From the NCBI GenBank assembly GCA_963762145.1, contig CAVXJS010000015.1:128001-192000 (forward strand): a stretch of 64,000 nucleotides of DNA, written 5' to 3'. Below the pieces are notes generated by a model, which had not been told where the DNA came from, ran no database searches, and saw only the letters and a list, made by a program, of their open reading frames with translations. Each line of letters begins with the position of its first letter. Within the stretch, counting starts at the first letter, position 1. This DNA comes from an uncultured Candidatus Rokubacteria bacterium. GTDB lineage: Bacteria > Methylomirabilota > Methylomirabilia > Rokubacteriales > CSP1-6. This document shows, in pieces, positions 1 to 9,758 of the stretch. Made by a program: the position numbers and the translations under genes.

Positions 1-454
1 CGCCCAGGGCCGCCTGGGCCCCGGCCGCATCCACCACTGCATGCGCCAGATCGGCGTGGCCGAGCGGGCGATCGAGCTGATGTGCAAGCGCGCCACCAAG
101 CGCGTGGCCTTCGGCAAGCCGCTGGCCGACAACGACATCACGCTCGAGCGCATCGCGGAGTCGCGCATCGAGATCGACCAGGCGCGGCTGCTCGTGCTCC
201 ACGCCGCGTACATGATGGACACCGTCGGCAACAAGGCGGCGCGGCAGGCCATCGCGGAGATCAAGGTCGCGGTGCCGAACATCACCGGCCGCGTGGTGGA
301 GCGGGCCATGCAGCTCCACGGCGGCGGCGGCGTGAGCCAGGAGTTCCCGCTCGCGTCCATGTGGGCGCACTCGCGGACGCTCCGCTTCGCCGACGGGCCG
401 GACGAGGTGCATCGGCGGCAGATCGGGCGGCTCGAGCTTCGCAAGCACAGTTAA
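1..454 (+). CDS. Acyl-CoA dehydrogenase family protein, C-terminal part (5' end outside window)
   Basis: Frame is open from the window edge ([15 protein letters not shown]...). Contains ACAD motifs [17 protein letters not shown] and [11 protein letters not shown]; ends at TAA 452-454. Confidence 0.9.
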   Translation, partial: AQGRLGPGRIHHCMRQIGVAERAIELMCKRATKRVAFGKPLADNDITLERIAESRIEIDQARLLVLHAAYMMDTVGNKAARQAIAEIKVAVPNITGRVVERAMQLHGGGGVSQEFPLASMWAHSRTLRFADGPDEVHRRQIGRLELRKHS

Positions 455-634
455 GCGGAGGGGAGCGGGCGGGGCGGGGGTGCGGGGGGTGCGGCCTCTG
501 ACCACGACCCGCTCCCTCGCCACCTCGCTGCAGGAGTTCCCAATCCGGGAAGGTGCGCTCTAGGCATTCCCTCGGAGGGAACGGGTCACCCGGCCGCACC
601 CCCCGCACCCCCGCCCCGCCCGCTCCCCTCCGCT
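454..634. repeat. 181-bp element bounded by perfect 43-bp G-rich inverted repeats (MITE/REPIN-like or structured RNA)
   Basis: 454-496 is the exact reverse complement of 592-634. The interior holds short hairpins (TTCCC-AATCC-GGGAA, TTCCCTCGGAGGGAA) closed by GACCCG/CGGGTC. Confidence 0.85.
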
Positions 635-719
635 CGGGTCTTTTGAAACTGCTGAACCACAGAACCAACCCCTCCCCAGACACAGAGCGCGTTCGGAACA
701 ACTATCTGCAATTTCGAAA

Positions 720-770
720 CGGTTGTCCGCCGACTGGGGGAGTGCGGGAGGCATGTCTGGGCCCCCGCAT
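720..770. repeat. REP-like palindromic repeat, family A copy 1
   Basis: GGAG-TGCGGGAGGC-ATGTCTG-GGCCCCCGCAT with flank CGGTTGTCCGC. Near-identical to the reverse complement of 2718-2767 and 45861-45910. Confidence 0.85.
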
Positions 771-864
771 TAAATAGAGAAGCGGAACCGTAAATCTCGC
801 AGCAGCCGGTTGACCCGACCGTGTCGCCGCGGGGCCATTCGCGCGAGGGCTGAATCTCCTGGGG

Positions 865-1728
865 CTACTCCCGCCAGCGCGGGTCCAGCAAGTCTCGCAA
901 TGCGTCGCCCAGCAAGTTTATCCCCAGGACCGCGAGCAAGAGCGCGGCGCCGGGGAAGAACGCGACCCAGGGGGCGGCGGCGAGGAAGGTCTGGCCCTCG
1001 GCGAGCATGCTGCCCCAGGAGATCGTGGGGGCCTGGGCGCCCAGGCCCAGGAACGACAGGCCGGCCTCGGCGATCATGTTGCTGCCGACGCCGATGGTCG
1101 CCGCGACGATGATCGGGCCCACCGCGTTCGGCAGGAGATGGCGGACCAGGATCGTGGCGTGGCCCACCCCGAGCGCGCGGGCGGCCTGCACGTAGTCGCG
1201 CTCCTTGAGCGAGAGGATCTCGCCGCGTACGACCCGCGCGATCGTGGTCCAGCCCAGCGCGACCAGAACCAGCGCCACCTTGTCGAGCCCGGGCCGCTCG
1301 AAGACCGCAATCAGCCCGATGGCCAGGATCAACGAAGGAAAGGCCATCACCACGTCGGTGGCCCGCATCAGCAGCGAATCGCGCCAGCCGCCGTGGTAGC
1401 CGGCGAGCAGGCCCACCGCGATGCCCAGGGTCGCGGCCAGCACCTCCACCCCGAGGCCGAGCGCGAGCGAGACGCGGCCCCCGTGGAGCACGCGCGAGAA
1501 GAGATCGCGAGCCAGCGCGTCGGTGCCGAAGAGGTGCGCGGGCTCCGGCGGGCGCAGCATGACCTCGCTGAGCGCGGCCGGCACCGCGGTCGGATCGTAG
1601 GGCGCGAGCCACGGGGCGAGGAGCGCCGACGCGGCGAAGAGACCCACCAGCGTGGCGCCGATGATGAGGCGTCGGCCGCGGCGTGAGCGAAGCTCTCCCG
1701 CCGGGCGCCGGAGCGTGTCAACCGCCAC
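865..1728 (-). CDS. Peptide/nickel ABC transporter permease (DppC/OppC type)
   Basis: HLFGTDALARD, EAA loop YVQAARALG, RHLLPN, EAGLSFLGLG, GDALRDLLDP. Probable GTG start at 1728 overlaps the end of the upstream permease. Confidence 0.9.
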   Translation of the reverse strand: MAVDTLRRPAGELRSRRGRRLIIGATLVGLFAASALLAPWLAPYDPTAVPAALSEVMLRPPEPAHLFGTDALARDLFSRVLHGGRVSLALGLGVEVLAATLGIAVGLLAGYHGGWRDSLLMRATDVVMAFPSLILAIGLIAVFERPGLDKVALVLVALGWTTIARVVRGEILSLKERDYVQAARALGVGHATILVRHLLPNAVGPIIVAATIGVGSNMIAEAGLSFLGLGAQAPTISWGSMLAEGQTFLAAAPWVAFFPGAALLLAVLGINLLGDALRDLLDPRWRE

Positions 1729-2659
1729 GGCGGATCCGCGGATCGATGACGAGATAGGCCAGGTCAACCACCAGGTTGGCGAGGACGTAGATCACCGCGA
1801 AGACGAGCACCGCGCCCATCACGACCGGCAGGTCGCGCTGCCCCACCGCGGCCACCAGCATCCGGCCGAGGCCGGGCCACGCGAAGACCGTCTCGGTGAG
1901 GGGCGCGCCGACGAGGAGATCCGCGATCCCGATGCCGATCACGGTGATCACCGGGATCAGGGCATTGCGCAGGGCGTGCTTGGCGATCACCAGCCATTCG
2001 CCGAGCCCCTTGGCGCGTGCGGTCTGGATGTACTCCTGCCGGATCACCTCGAGCAGGTTCGAGCGGGCCATGCGCGCAATGGTGCCGGTGTGGATGGCGC
2101 CCAGCGTGAACGCGGGCAGGACCAGGTTGGCCCAGGCGCCGTCGCCGTAGCCCGAGACCGGCAGCCATCCGAGCCACACCGCGAAGAGCAGCGAGAGCAT
2201 CATGCCGAGCCAGAACACCGGCGTGGAGATGCCGAGCACCGCCGCGCTCATGAGGAGCTGATCGAGCAGCCGACCCGGCCGCAGCGCGGCCACGATCCCC
2301 ATCGCGAGGCCGACGACGACCGCGATCACGGTGGCGGCCAGGGCCAGGCGCACGGTGGCGGGCAGCCGCTCGGCGATGATCTCCGCGACCGGCCGCTGCT
2401 GGTGATAAGACGTCCCGAGGTCCCCGCGGCCCAACCGCGACATCCACGTGAGGTAGCGCACGTGCACCGGTTGGTCGAGCGCGTAGTCCCGGCGGATCTG
2501 CTGGACCAGCTCCGGATCGGCGCGCTGGCCCAGCATGGCCCGGGCCGGATCGCCCAGGCCGACCGCGGTGAGCGCGAAGACGAGCAGGCTGACGCCCAGC
2601 AGGACTGGGAGGAGGGCCAGGACGCGCTTGGCCGCGGGTTCTAGCAGGTCGGAAAACAT
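1718..2659 (-). CDS. Peptide/nickel ABC transporter permease (DppB/OppB type)
   Basis: GDPARAMLG, GDLGTSY, EYIQTARAKGL, KHALRNAL, ETVFAWPGLG, DPRIR. Confidence 0.92.
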   Translation of the reverse strand: MFSDLLEPAAKRVLALLPVLLGVSLLVFALTAVGLGDPARAMLGQRADPELVQQIRRDYALDQPVHVRYLTWMSRLGRGDLGTSYHQQRPVAEIIAERLPATVRLALAATVIAVVVGLAMGIVAALRPGRLLDQLLMSAAVLGISTPVFWLGMMLSLLFAVWLGWLPVSGYGDGAWANLVLPAFTLGAIHTGTIARMARSNLLEVIRQEYIQTARAKGLGEWLVIAKHALRNALIPVITVIGIGIADLLVGAPLTETVFAWPGLGRMLVAAVGQRDLPVVMGAVLVFAVIYVLANLVVDLAYLVIDPRIRRGG

Positions 2660-2717
2660 TGGGCGGTCAGCCGGCGCGCTGGCGCGCGCTTGCTTGGGCA
2701 GCCGTTCTTTCTTTCAT

Positions 2718-2767
2718 ATGCGAGGGCCCAGACATGGCCCCCGCACTCCCCCAACCGCGGACAACCG
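2718..2767. repeat. REP-like palindromic repeat, family A copy 2 (intergenic)
   Basis: ATGCGAGGGCCCAGACATGGCCCCCGCACTCCCCCAACCGCGGACAACCG; matches copies at 720 and 45861. Confidence 0.85.
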
Positions 2768-2782
2768 GCCGCGGACAATCCG

Positions 2783-4354
2783 TTACTCGATCTTTACTTT
2801 GCGCAGGGGGGCGAGGAACTCGGGCGCGGTGGAGAGGGGGGAGCGCTCGAGGCCTTTCACGGTGGGGCGGATCAGGGCTCGGCTCGCGTAGTGGTAGAGC
2901 GTGATCCACGCCCCGTCGTCGAGCAAGCGCTGCTCGGCACCCTGGTAGACTTTGAAGCGCGCCGGGCCGGCCGGCATCACGTCGGCCTGGTCGAGGAGAC
3001 GGTCGAGCTCCGGGCTGCGATACCGGGAGGTGTTGCCCGCCGCGCCGATGTTCCGCGAGTGAAACAGGACGGTCAGGAAGTTCTCCGGATCCGGATAGTC
3101 GGCGATCCAGCCCTGACGGAACATGGTCACCGCTCCCTCGTCCACCACCTTGAGGTGCGCGGCCCAGTCGAGCCGACGCAGCTCGAGCGTGATCCCCACC
3201 TCCCGGAGCTGCGCCTGCAGCAGCTCGCCGATGCGCTGGTTCAGATCGCTGGTGTTGAAGTGGTAGGTGATGGGCGGCAGGCCCCGGCCCCCCGGGAATC
3301 CCGCCTCGGCGAGAAGCTGGCGGGCGCGGGTCCGATCGAGGCCGGGCGCGGTCACGGCCGGGTTGTAGCCCGGCAGCGCGGGAGGCAGGATGCCCTGGCC
3401 CGCGATCACGCAGCCCTCGAGAAGTCCCTGGACGATGGCGGCCGGGTCGATGGCATGCGCCACGGCCAGGCGCATCCGGCGGTCGTTGAACGGCGGCTTC
3501 TCGACGTTGAAGCGCACCCCGTGGGTGCCCAGGGTCGGCCAGATCGCCACCTGGGCGCGAAGCCCGGGATCGGCCTGCACGGCCCGGCAATGGCCGGTCG
3601 GAATGTCGCTGATGTCGAGGTTACCGGCCTTGTAGTCGTTGAACCGGGTGATCTCGGCCGGGATGATGCGGAACACGACGCGCTCCAGGTGGGGCGCGCC
3701 CCGAAAGTGACCGGGGAAGGCCTCCAGCACGACGCGGTCGTCTCGCCGCCACTCCTTCAAACGGAACGCGCCGGTGCCGACCGGGCGACTCGCGAAGGCC
3801 ATCCCCAGGCGCAGGACCTCCTCACGCGGCACGATGGACGCCGCGTCGTAGGCCATCAGGTGGAGGAACGGGGCGAAGGGCTTCTCGAGGGTCAGCTCGA
3901 CGGTGCGCTCGTCCACCACCCGCACCCCCGAGATCTCGGGCGCCCCGCCCTTGATGAAGGCGGGCGCGCCCACGATCTTCTCGAAGACCCACGGCCGCTT
4001 GCCGCGCGCGGCGCGCTCGAAGGAGAACTTCACGTCGGCCGCCACCAGCGCGCGGCCGTGGTGGAACTTCACGCCGGGCCGCAGCACGAAGGTATAGACG
4101 CGATGATCGGCCGAGACCGTCCAGCGCTCGGCCACGCCCGGCAGGGGCTCGAGCTTCTCGTCCAGCTCCACCAGGGTGTCGAAGATCTGGCGCACGACCG
4201 CGGAGGAGGTCGTGTCGGTGGCCTGGGCCGGATCGAGCGTCGGCGGATCGGAGATGAAGACGCCGCGCAGCGGGCCCACCGGCTTGCCGCTCTGGGCCTC
4301 CGCCGGCCCGGCCGCGAGGAGCAGGCCCAGCAGCAGGACGCGGAGGCCCTTCAC
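2783..4354 (-). CDS. ABC transporter substrate-binding protein, family 5 (DppA/OppA-like)
   Basis: GTG start overlaps the upstream stop (GTGA); signal peptide ending AEAQ; motifs TLDPA, FVLRPGVKFHHG, PVGTGAF, GWIADYPDPENFL. The 1041-aa ORF call is an upstream over-extension. Confidence 0.9.
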   Translation of the reverse strand: MKGLRVLLLGLLLAAGPAEAQSGKPVGPLRGVFISDPPTLDPAQATDTTSSAVVRQIFDTLVELDEKLEPLPGVAERWTVSADHRVYTFVLRPGVKFHHGRALVAADVKFSFERAARGKRPWVFEKIVGAPAFIKGGAPEISGVRVVDERTVELTLEKPFAPFLHLMAYDAASIVPREEVLRLGMAFASRPVGTGAFRLKEWRRDDRVVLEAFPGHFRGAPHLERVVFRIIPAEITRFNDYKAGNLDISDIPTGHCRAVQADPGLRAQVAIWPTLGTHGVRFNVEKPPFNDRRMRLAVAHAIDPAAIVQGLLEGCVIAGQGILPPALPGYNPAVTAPGLDRTRARQLLAEAGFPGGRGLPPITYHFNTSDLNQRIGELLQAQLREVGITLELRRLDWAAHLKVVDEGAVTMFRQGWIADYPDPENFLTVLFHSRNIGAAGNTSRYRSPELDRLLDQADVMPAGPARFKVYQGAEQRLLDDGAWITLYHYASRALIRPTVKGLERSPLSTAPEFLAPLRKVKIE

Positions 4355-5910
4355 CGCTGGGGGGCCGGCGCGGGTGCCGCCGCCGGCGGCGGCGCGTCGA
4401 GCCAGACGCGGTCGAAGCGAGGATTGCCGCTCGGGTGCAGGCGAAGGTTCCGCACCTCCACGCGGCTCGCCGCCCAGTGCAGCCGCACGTAGAGGGGCAC
4501 CCACGGCATCTCCTCGGCCAGCATGGCCTGGGCGCGCACATATAGGCGCTGCCGCTCCGGCCGGAACGACACCTGGCTGGCCCGGATGAGCAGGTCGTCG
4601 AGCGTCCGGTTGCGGTAGAAGGACATGTTCAGCGCCGTCGGCCCCTTGGTCGCCCCTTCGCTGCTGGTCAATGGGTAGAGCAGGAAGTGCGGGTCGCCCG
4701 CCTCCACCCGGGCCTCGAGCAGCGCCATCTGATGCTGACCGGTCCGGGCGACCTGGAGCGCCGCCTCCGGCGCCTCGACCTGGATCGGCACCGTAAAGCC
4801 CGCGTTGGCCAGCGAGGCGCGGATCGCCTCGGCCACCTGCGTCTGGTCCGGGCGCTTGTCGCCGTCGCTGATCAGCAGGCCGGCCGCAGTCCCACGCGGG
4901 AAGCCCGCGTCCGTCAGCAGGCGCTTGGCGTTCGCCGGGTTCGCCTCGAGCACCGGCGAGCCGTCGCGACGCGCCCAGACCCCGAGCGGCAGAAACGAGA
5001 GCAGCGGCACGCCGGCCGGCGCGACGGTGGGGGCGAGCAAGCGCGGATCGAGCGCGGCCGCCACCGCCTGGCGCGCCTTGAGCCGGTTGAAGGGCTCCCG
5101 CTCCGCCTCGAGCGCCAGGTAGCCGATGCGCCAGCTCGGGATCGACTGGGTCCCGACGGTTCGGGACGGGGCGATCTCGGTGAGCAGGACGTCCACCGCC
5201 TGCGCCGCCAGCATCGCCTCGCCGCGGGCGTCCTCGCCGGTCTCCAGGAAGACCAGCCGCGTCGAGCGTGGCGGCCCGCCCCAGTAGGCCGGATTCGCGT
5301 CGAGCACCACCCTGCCCTGGCTCGCCTCGGTGAGCGCGAACGGTCCGGTGCCGACCCACCGCTGCCCCGCGCTGCTCGCCAGCACGATCGAGAACCCCGG
5401 ATGGGCCAGCACCGCGGGCAGCGGCGCGTAGGGCAGGAGCAGGCTGATCTGGACGGTCCGCGCGTCCACTGCCTTGACTTCCTTGACGACCCCGGGCGTC
5501 CCCCGGATCAGACGCGGCGCGATCATGTTGGGCTGGGGCGCATGGACCGCGGTGGGCTGGATGACCCGGTCGAGACTCTCCACCACGTGCTGGGCGGTCA
5601 GCGGGGTGCCGTCGTGAAACCGCACGCCGTCCCGTAGCCGGAAGGTCCACAGGAGGCCGTCGCGCGACACCGACCACTGGGCGGCCAGCCCCGGCTCGAC
5701 ATCGCTGGTGACGTCGCGGTACTGCACCAGGGTGTCGAAGATTTGCCGTGCGATGACGGAAACTGGTCCCTCGAGCGTGGTCGCGGGGTCGAGCGCGGCT
5801 GGCACCGACGGCAGCCCCACGCGGAGGATGCCGCCCTGCGCCCAGGCGCCATCCGCCAGCGTGAGGACGGCGGCGAGCGTGATCGCGATGCGCCCGCATG
5901 CGCTCCACAT
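4351..5910 (-). CDS. ABC transporter substrate-binding protein, family 5 (DppA-like)
   Basis: Signal peptide MWSACGRIAITLAAV...AWAQ; LDPA, PGLAAQWSVS, FRLRDGVRFHDG, VGTGPF. Confidence 0.88.
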   Translation of the reverse strand: MWSACGRIAITLAAVLTLADGAWAQGGILRVGLPSVPAALDPATTLEGPVSVIARQIFDTLVQYRDVTSDVEPGLAAQWSVSRDGLLWTFRLRDGVRFHDGTPLTAQHVVESLDRVIQPTAVHAPQPNMIAPRLIRGTPGVVKEVKAVDARTVQISLLLPYAPLPAVLAHPGFSIVLASSAGQRWVGTGPFALTEASQGRVVLDANPAYWGGPPRSTRLVFLETGEDARGEAMLAAQAVDVLLTEIAPSRTVGTQSIPSWRIGYLALEAEREPFNRLKARQAVAAALDPRLLAPTVAPAGVPLLSFLPLGVWARRDGSPVLEANPANAKRLLTDAGFPRGTAAGLLISDGDKRPDQTQVAEAIRASLANAGFTVPIQVEAPEAALQVARTGQHQMALLEARVEAGDPHFLLYPLTSSEGATKGPTALNMSFYRNRTLDDLLIRASQVSFRPERQRLYVRAQAMLAEEMPWVPLYVRLHWAASRVEVRNLRLHPSGNPRFDRVWLDAPPPAAAPAPAPQR

Positions 5911-6058
5911 GATCGAGTTATACGACGGAATCCGGCCGCTGCGCGATGCGTAGCCACTTTCCGCGCCGCTGATCACCGGGTGGGCTCGCGCGCAGAGCCG
6001 CGCGCCCGTCCGCCGCTCGAAACGCGCGGGAACCGGCGGGATCGGCCGGCGGCGGGCG

Positions 6059-6074
6059 TGGCACCGAACGTGCT
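6059..6074 (+). promoter_or_regulatory. Candidate sigma54 (-24/-12) promoter upstream of arc
   Basis: TGGCAC-CGAAC-GTGCT with exact GG-N10-GC spacing and one mismatch to TGGCAC-N5-TTGCW, followed by an AT-rich stretch. Confidence 0.5.
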
Positions 6075-6226
6075 TTCTTGTTAATCAGAGGAGTCGGGAG
6101 CGCTCCGGAACCGGGTCGGGTGAGCCACGGTTAAAGCGGTGAGAGCGATAGGTGATCGCCGCACCACGAATCGGAGAAAAGGAAATGAAATCAATGGCTC
6201 CCGAGGGCAAAATGAGGCCAATTCGC

Positions 6227-6256
6227 TTGACTTAACGCGAAACGGACTCCTATACT
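6227..6256 (+). promoter_or_regulatory. Sigma70-type promoter of the proteasome operon
   Basis: TTGACT-N18-TATACT, 85 bp upstream of the arc ATG. Confidence 0.7.
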
Positions 6257-6340
6257 GAGTTCACCTTTCGGAGGCTTGGGCGGCGCGCGACGGAGCGCTG
6301 GAAGTGCCCGCTGGTTCACCCGGAAAGGAAATGGGCGAAC

Positions 6341-8173
6341 ATGAAGGAGTTCGACAAGAAGGGCAATCCTAGCCGAGAGCCCGCATCCGAAGGGATGAAA
6401 GGCCTCTCGAAATTCCTCCCCATGACCGACTCTAACTACCGGCGACGCCTCACGGAGTACGAGGTCCAGGTCCAGGACCTCCAGGCCTACGTCCGCTCGC
6501 TCGAGACCGAGACCGGGCGGCTGCGCAAGAAGCTGGAGGACGCGCCGAAGGAGTTCATGATCCTGGAGAACAAGCTGCGCGAGGCCAATCGCCAGCTCGT
6601 CCAGGCGTTCAATCAGAACGAGAAGCTCGTCAACGCGCTCTACGAGGCGCGCGAGCAGATCACCTCGCTGAAGGAAGAGGTCGACAAGCTCTGCGCGCCG
6701 CCCTCGACCTACGGGGTCTACCTCTCGGTCAACGAGGACGGCACCGTCAACATCCTGTCGCAGGGCCGCAAGGTGAAGGTCAACCTGCACCCGTCGATCA
6801 AGGCGGAGGACATCAAGCCCGGTCAGGAGCTGATCCTGAACGAGGGTCTCAACGTGGTGGAGACCGCGGGCTACGAGATCCAGGGCGAGGTCGTGATCCT
6901 GAAGGAGCAGCTCGACGCCGAGCGCGCGATCGTCACCCAGCGGGCGGACGAGGACCGCGTCGGCATCATCGCGGACCCGCTGCGCCAGGTGAAGCTCAAG
7001 ATCGGCGACCACCTGCTCATCGACGCCAAGAGCGGCTACCTGCTCGAGAAGCTGCCCAAGAGCGAGGTCGAGGATCTCTCGCTGGAAGAGGTGCCGGACA
7101 TCTCCTACGAGGACATCGGTGGCCTCGGGACCCAGCTCGAGACGATCAAGGACGCGGTCGAGCTGCCGTACCTCTACTCCGAGTACTACAAGGAGCATCA
7201 CCTCGCCCCGCCGAAGGGCGTGCTGCTCTACGGCCCTCCGGGCTGCGGCAAGACCATGATCGCGAAGGCGGTGGCCAACAACCTCGCCGCGCGGATCTCG
7301 GAGAAGCGCGGCGAGAAGGTGAAGGGCTTCTTCCTCAACATCAAGGGCCCCGAGCTGCTCAACAAGTACGTCGGCGAGACCGAGCGGAAGATCCGCGAGA
7401 TCTTCATCAAGGCCCGCGAGAAGGCGGCCGAGGACGTGCCGGTGGTGGTGTTCTTCGACGAGATGGACGCGCTCTTCCGCACCCGCGGCTCGGGCATCTC
7501 CTCGGACGTGGAGACCACGATCGTGCCGCAGCTCCTGGCCGAGATCGACGGCGTCGAGCACCTGAAGAACGTCATCGTGATCGGCGCCTCCAACCGGCAG
7601 GATCTGATCGACCCCGCCATCCTGCGGCCGGGCCGGCTGGACGTGAAGATCAAGATCGAGCGGCCGGACCAGCTGGGGGCAGCCGACATCTTCAACAAGT
7701 ACATGACCACCGAGCTGCCGATCCACGAGTCGGAGATCCGCGAGAGCGCGGGCGACGCGCAGGCGGCGGTGGACCGGATGATCCAGGCCACCATCGAGGA
7801 GATGTACAGCCTCGAGGAGGAGAACCGCTTCCTGGAAGTGACCTACGCCAACGGGGACAAGGAGGTCCTGTACTTCAAGGACTTCTCCTCGGGGGCCATG
7901 ATCGAGTCGGTGGTGCGGCGGGCCAAGAAGCTGGCCCTGAAGCGCTACATCCAGCTCAGCGAGAAGGGCATCAAGGTCGAGGACCTGCTGAACGCGGTGC
8001 GCGAGGAGTTCAAGGAGAACGAGGATCTGCCCAACACGACCAATCCGGACGACTGGGCCAAGATCGCGGGCAAGAAGGGCGAGCGCATCGTCTACGTGAA
8101 GCCGCTCATGGGTGAGACGAAGGAAAAGCAGCGCGCCGTCGAGCGCGTGATCAATACCGGCCAGTACCTGTAG
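6341..8173 (+). CDS. arc: Proteasome-associated AAA ATPase (ARC/Mpa)
   Basis: N-terminal coiled coil, CAPPSTYG, Walker A GPPGCGKT, Walker [30 protein letters not shown] and C-terminal GQYL proteasome-docking motif. Confidence 0.97.
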   Translation: MKEFDKKGNPSREPASEGMKGLSKFLPMTDSNYRRRLTEYEVQVQDLQAYVRSLETETGRLRKKLEDAPKEFMILENKLREANRQLVQAFNQNEKLVNALYEAREQITSLKEEVDKLCAPPSTYGVYLSVNEDGTVNILSQGRKVKVNLHPSIKAEDIKPGQELILNEGLNVVETAGYEIQGEVVILKEQLDAERAIVTQRADEDRVGIIADPLRQVKLKIGDHLLIDAKSGYLLEKLPKSEVEDLSLEEVPDISYEDIGGLGTQLETIKDAVELPYLYSEYYKEHHLAPPKGVLLYGPPGCGKTMIAKAVANNLAARISEKRGEKVKGFFLNIKGPELLNKYVGETERKIREIFIKAREKAAEDVPVVVFFDEMDALFRTRGSGISSDVETTIVPQLLAEIDGVEHLKNVIVIGASNRQDLIDPAILRPGRLDVKIKIERPDQLGAADIFNKYMTTELPIHESEIRESAGDAQAAVDRMIQATIEEMYSLEEENRFLEVTYANGDKEVLYFKDFSSGAMIESVVRRAKKLALKRYIQLSEKGIKVEDLLNAVREEFKENEDLPNTTNPDDWAKIAGKKGERIVYVKPLMGETKEKQRAVERVINTGQYL

Positions 8174-8178
8174 GCCCT

Positions 8179-8213
8179 GCGGCGGGGGGGAGCGCTGGGC
8201 TCCCCCCCGCCGT
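8179..8213 (+). terminator. GC-rich hairpin between arc and dop (terminator, attenuator or REP-like)
   Basis: GCGGCGGGGGGGAGC-GCTGG-GCTCCCCCCCGCCGT followed by GTGTCTTT. Confidence 0.5.
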
Positions 8214-8257
8214 GTGTCTTTCAACCGCCCAGCGCGATCGAGCATCCGGGGACGTCA

Positions 8258-9757
8258 ATGGCGATTCCGAAAGTAATGGGGATCGAGACCGAGTACGGGA
8301 TCACGGTCAAGAACCAGCCGGACTTCAACCCGATCCTTTCCTCGCTGCTCCTGATCAACTCCTACGAGACCTATCGCTCCTCCCGGATCCGCTGGGACTA
8401 CGAGGCGGAGAGCCCGCTGCGCGACGCGCGCGGCTTCGAGTACATGGAGGACAAGGAGGTCCCGTCGAAGGAGGAGTCGCGCCTCATCAACCTGATCCTC
8501 TCCAACGGCGCACGCTTCTACGTGGATCACGCGCACCCGGAGTACTCCTCCCCGGAGACCACCAACCCGCGCGACTGCGTGATCTGGGACCGGGCGGGCG
8601 AGCGCATCCTGGATCTCTCGCGGACCCGGGCGGAGGCGGTCTCGCCGCCCGAGCAGCGCATCCTGATCTACAAGAACAACACCGACTCCAAGGGCAACTC
8701 CTACGGAACCCACGAGAACTACCTCATGGACCGCAAGGTGCCCTTCGCGCGGATCGTCCAGTACCTGCTCCCCTTCTTCGTGAGCCGCCAGGTCTACACC
8801 GGCGCGGGCAAGGTGGGGGCGGAGAACAACACCGAGTTCTGCGAGTTCCAGATCTCCCAGCGGGCCGACTTCCTGGAGACCGAGGTGGGGCTGGAGACGA
8901 TGCACAGCCGGCCCATCATCAACACCCGGGACGAGCCGCACGCGGATCCCGAGAAGTACCGCCGCCTCCACGTGATCGTGGGCGACGCCAACATGAGCGA
9001 GGTCTCCACCTACCTCAAGTGCGGGACGATGGCGATCGTGCTCAGCATGATCGAGGACGACTTCATCGACCGCGATCTGAGCCTGGACAGCCCGGTGGTC
9101 TCGTACCGGCGCGTCTCCCGCGACCTGGGCTGCCGCGAGACGATGCGGCTCAAGGACGGCCGCAACCTGACCGCGGTCGATCTCCAGCGCGAGTTCCTCG
9201 ACCTGGCCCACCGCTACTACCGCGACCGGGAGCACGAGCCGTGGGTGGAGGACGTGATGGCGCGGTGGGGCTCGGTGCTGGACCGGCTCGCGGTGGATCC
9301 CATGAGCCTCGACCGCGAGCTCGACTGGGTGATCAAGCACCAGCTCATCGAGAACTACCGGGCCAAGCACAGCTGCGAGTGGTCGGACTCGCGGGTGGCC
9401 ATGATCGACCTCCAGTACCACGACATCCGGCCCAGCAAGGGGCTCTACTACAAGCTCGAGGAAGCGGACGCGGTGGAGCGTCTCAGCACCGAGGACGAGG
9501 TGACCAAGGCGATCTACGATCCGCCCAAGGACACCCGGGCCTACTTCCGCGGCATGTGCCTGCAGAAGTACTCCGACGAGGTCGTCTCCGCCTCGTGGGA
9601 CTCGGTGATCTTCGATCTCAAGGAGGGCCCGCTCAAGAAGATCTTCATGCTCGAGCCGCTCCGGGGCACCGAGGCCCACGTGCGCCAGCTCTTCGACGAG
9701 TCGGCCACCGCGGGCGCCCTGCTCAAGAATCTCGGCAAGCCGAGCGGCGACTTCTAG
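8258..9757 (+). CDS. dop: Pup deamidase/depupylase Dop
   Basis: [74 protein letters not shown]. Confidence 0.95.
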   Translation: MAIPKVMGIETEYGITVKNQPDFNPILSSLLLINSYETYRSSRIRWDYEAESPLRDARGFEYMEDKEVPSKEESRLINLILSNGARFYVDHAHPEYSSPETTNPRDCVIWDRAGERILDLSRTRAEAVSPPEQRILIYKNNTDSKGNSYGTHENYLMDRKVPFARIVQYLLPFFVSRQVYTGAGKVGAENNTEFCEFQISQRADFLETEVGLETMHSRPIINTRDEPHADPEKYRRLHVIVGDANMSEVSTYLKCGTMAIVLSMIEDDFIDRDLSLDSPVVSYRRVSRDLGCRETMRLKDGRNLTAVDLQREFLDLAHRYYRDREHEPWVEDVMARWGSVLDRLAVDPMSLDRELDWVIKHQLIENYRAKHSCEWSDSRVAMIDLQYHDIRPSKGLYYKLEEADAVERLSTEDEVTKAIYDPPKDTRAYFRGMCLQKYSDEVVSASWDSVIFDLKEGPLKKIFMLEPLRGTEAHVRQLFDESATAGALLKNLGKPSGDF

Positions 9758-9758
9758 G

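Noticed and set aside
454-634. 6S RNA or SRP RNA
   Set aside because: Length fits 6S, but a perfect 43-bp stem with a multi-hairpin core does not match the 6S central bubble, I saw no SRP helix-8 motif, and no promoter is evident. Kept as an unassigned element.
2783-5908. 1041-aa double-length binding protein
   Set aside because: The N-terminal half is an off-frame overlap of the upstream gene; the real start is GTG 4354.
6152-6235. Small ORF upstream of arc (MKSMAPEGKMRPIRLT, or 27 aa from GTG 6152) as the missing Pup/UBact
   Set aside because: Too short, not acidic, no C-terminal GGE/GGQ/GE, and it overlaps the sigma70 -35 box.
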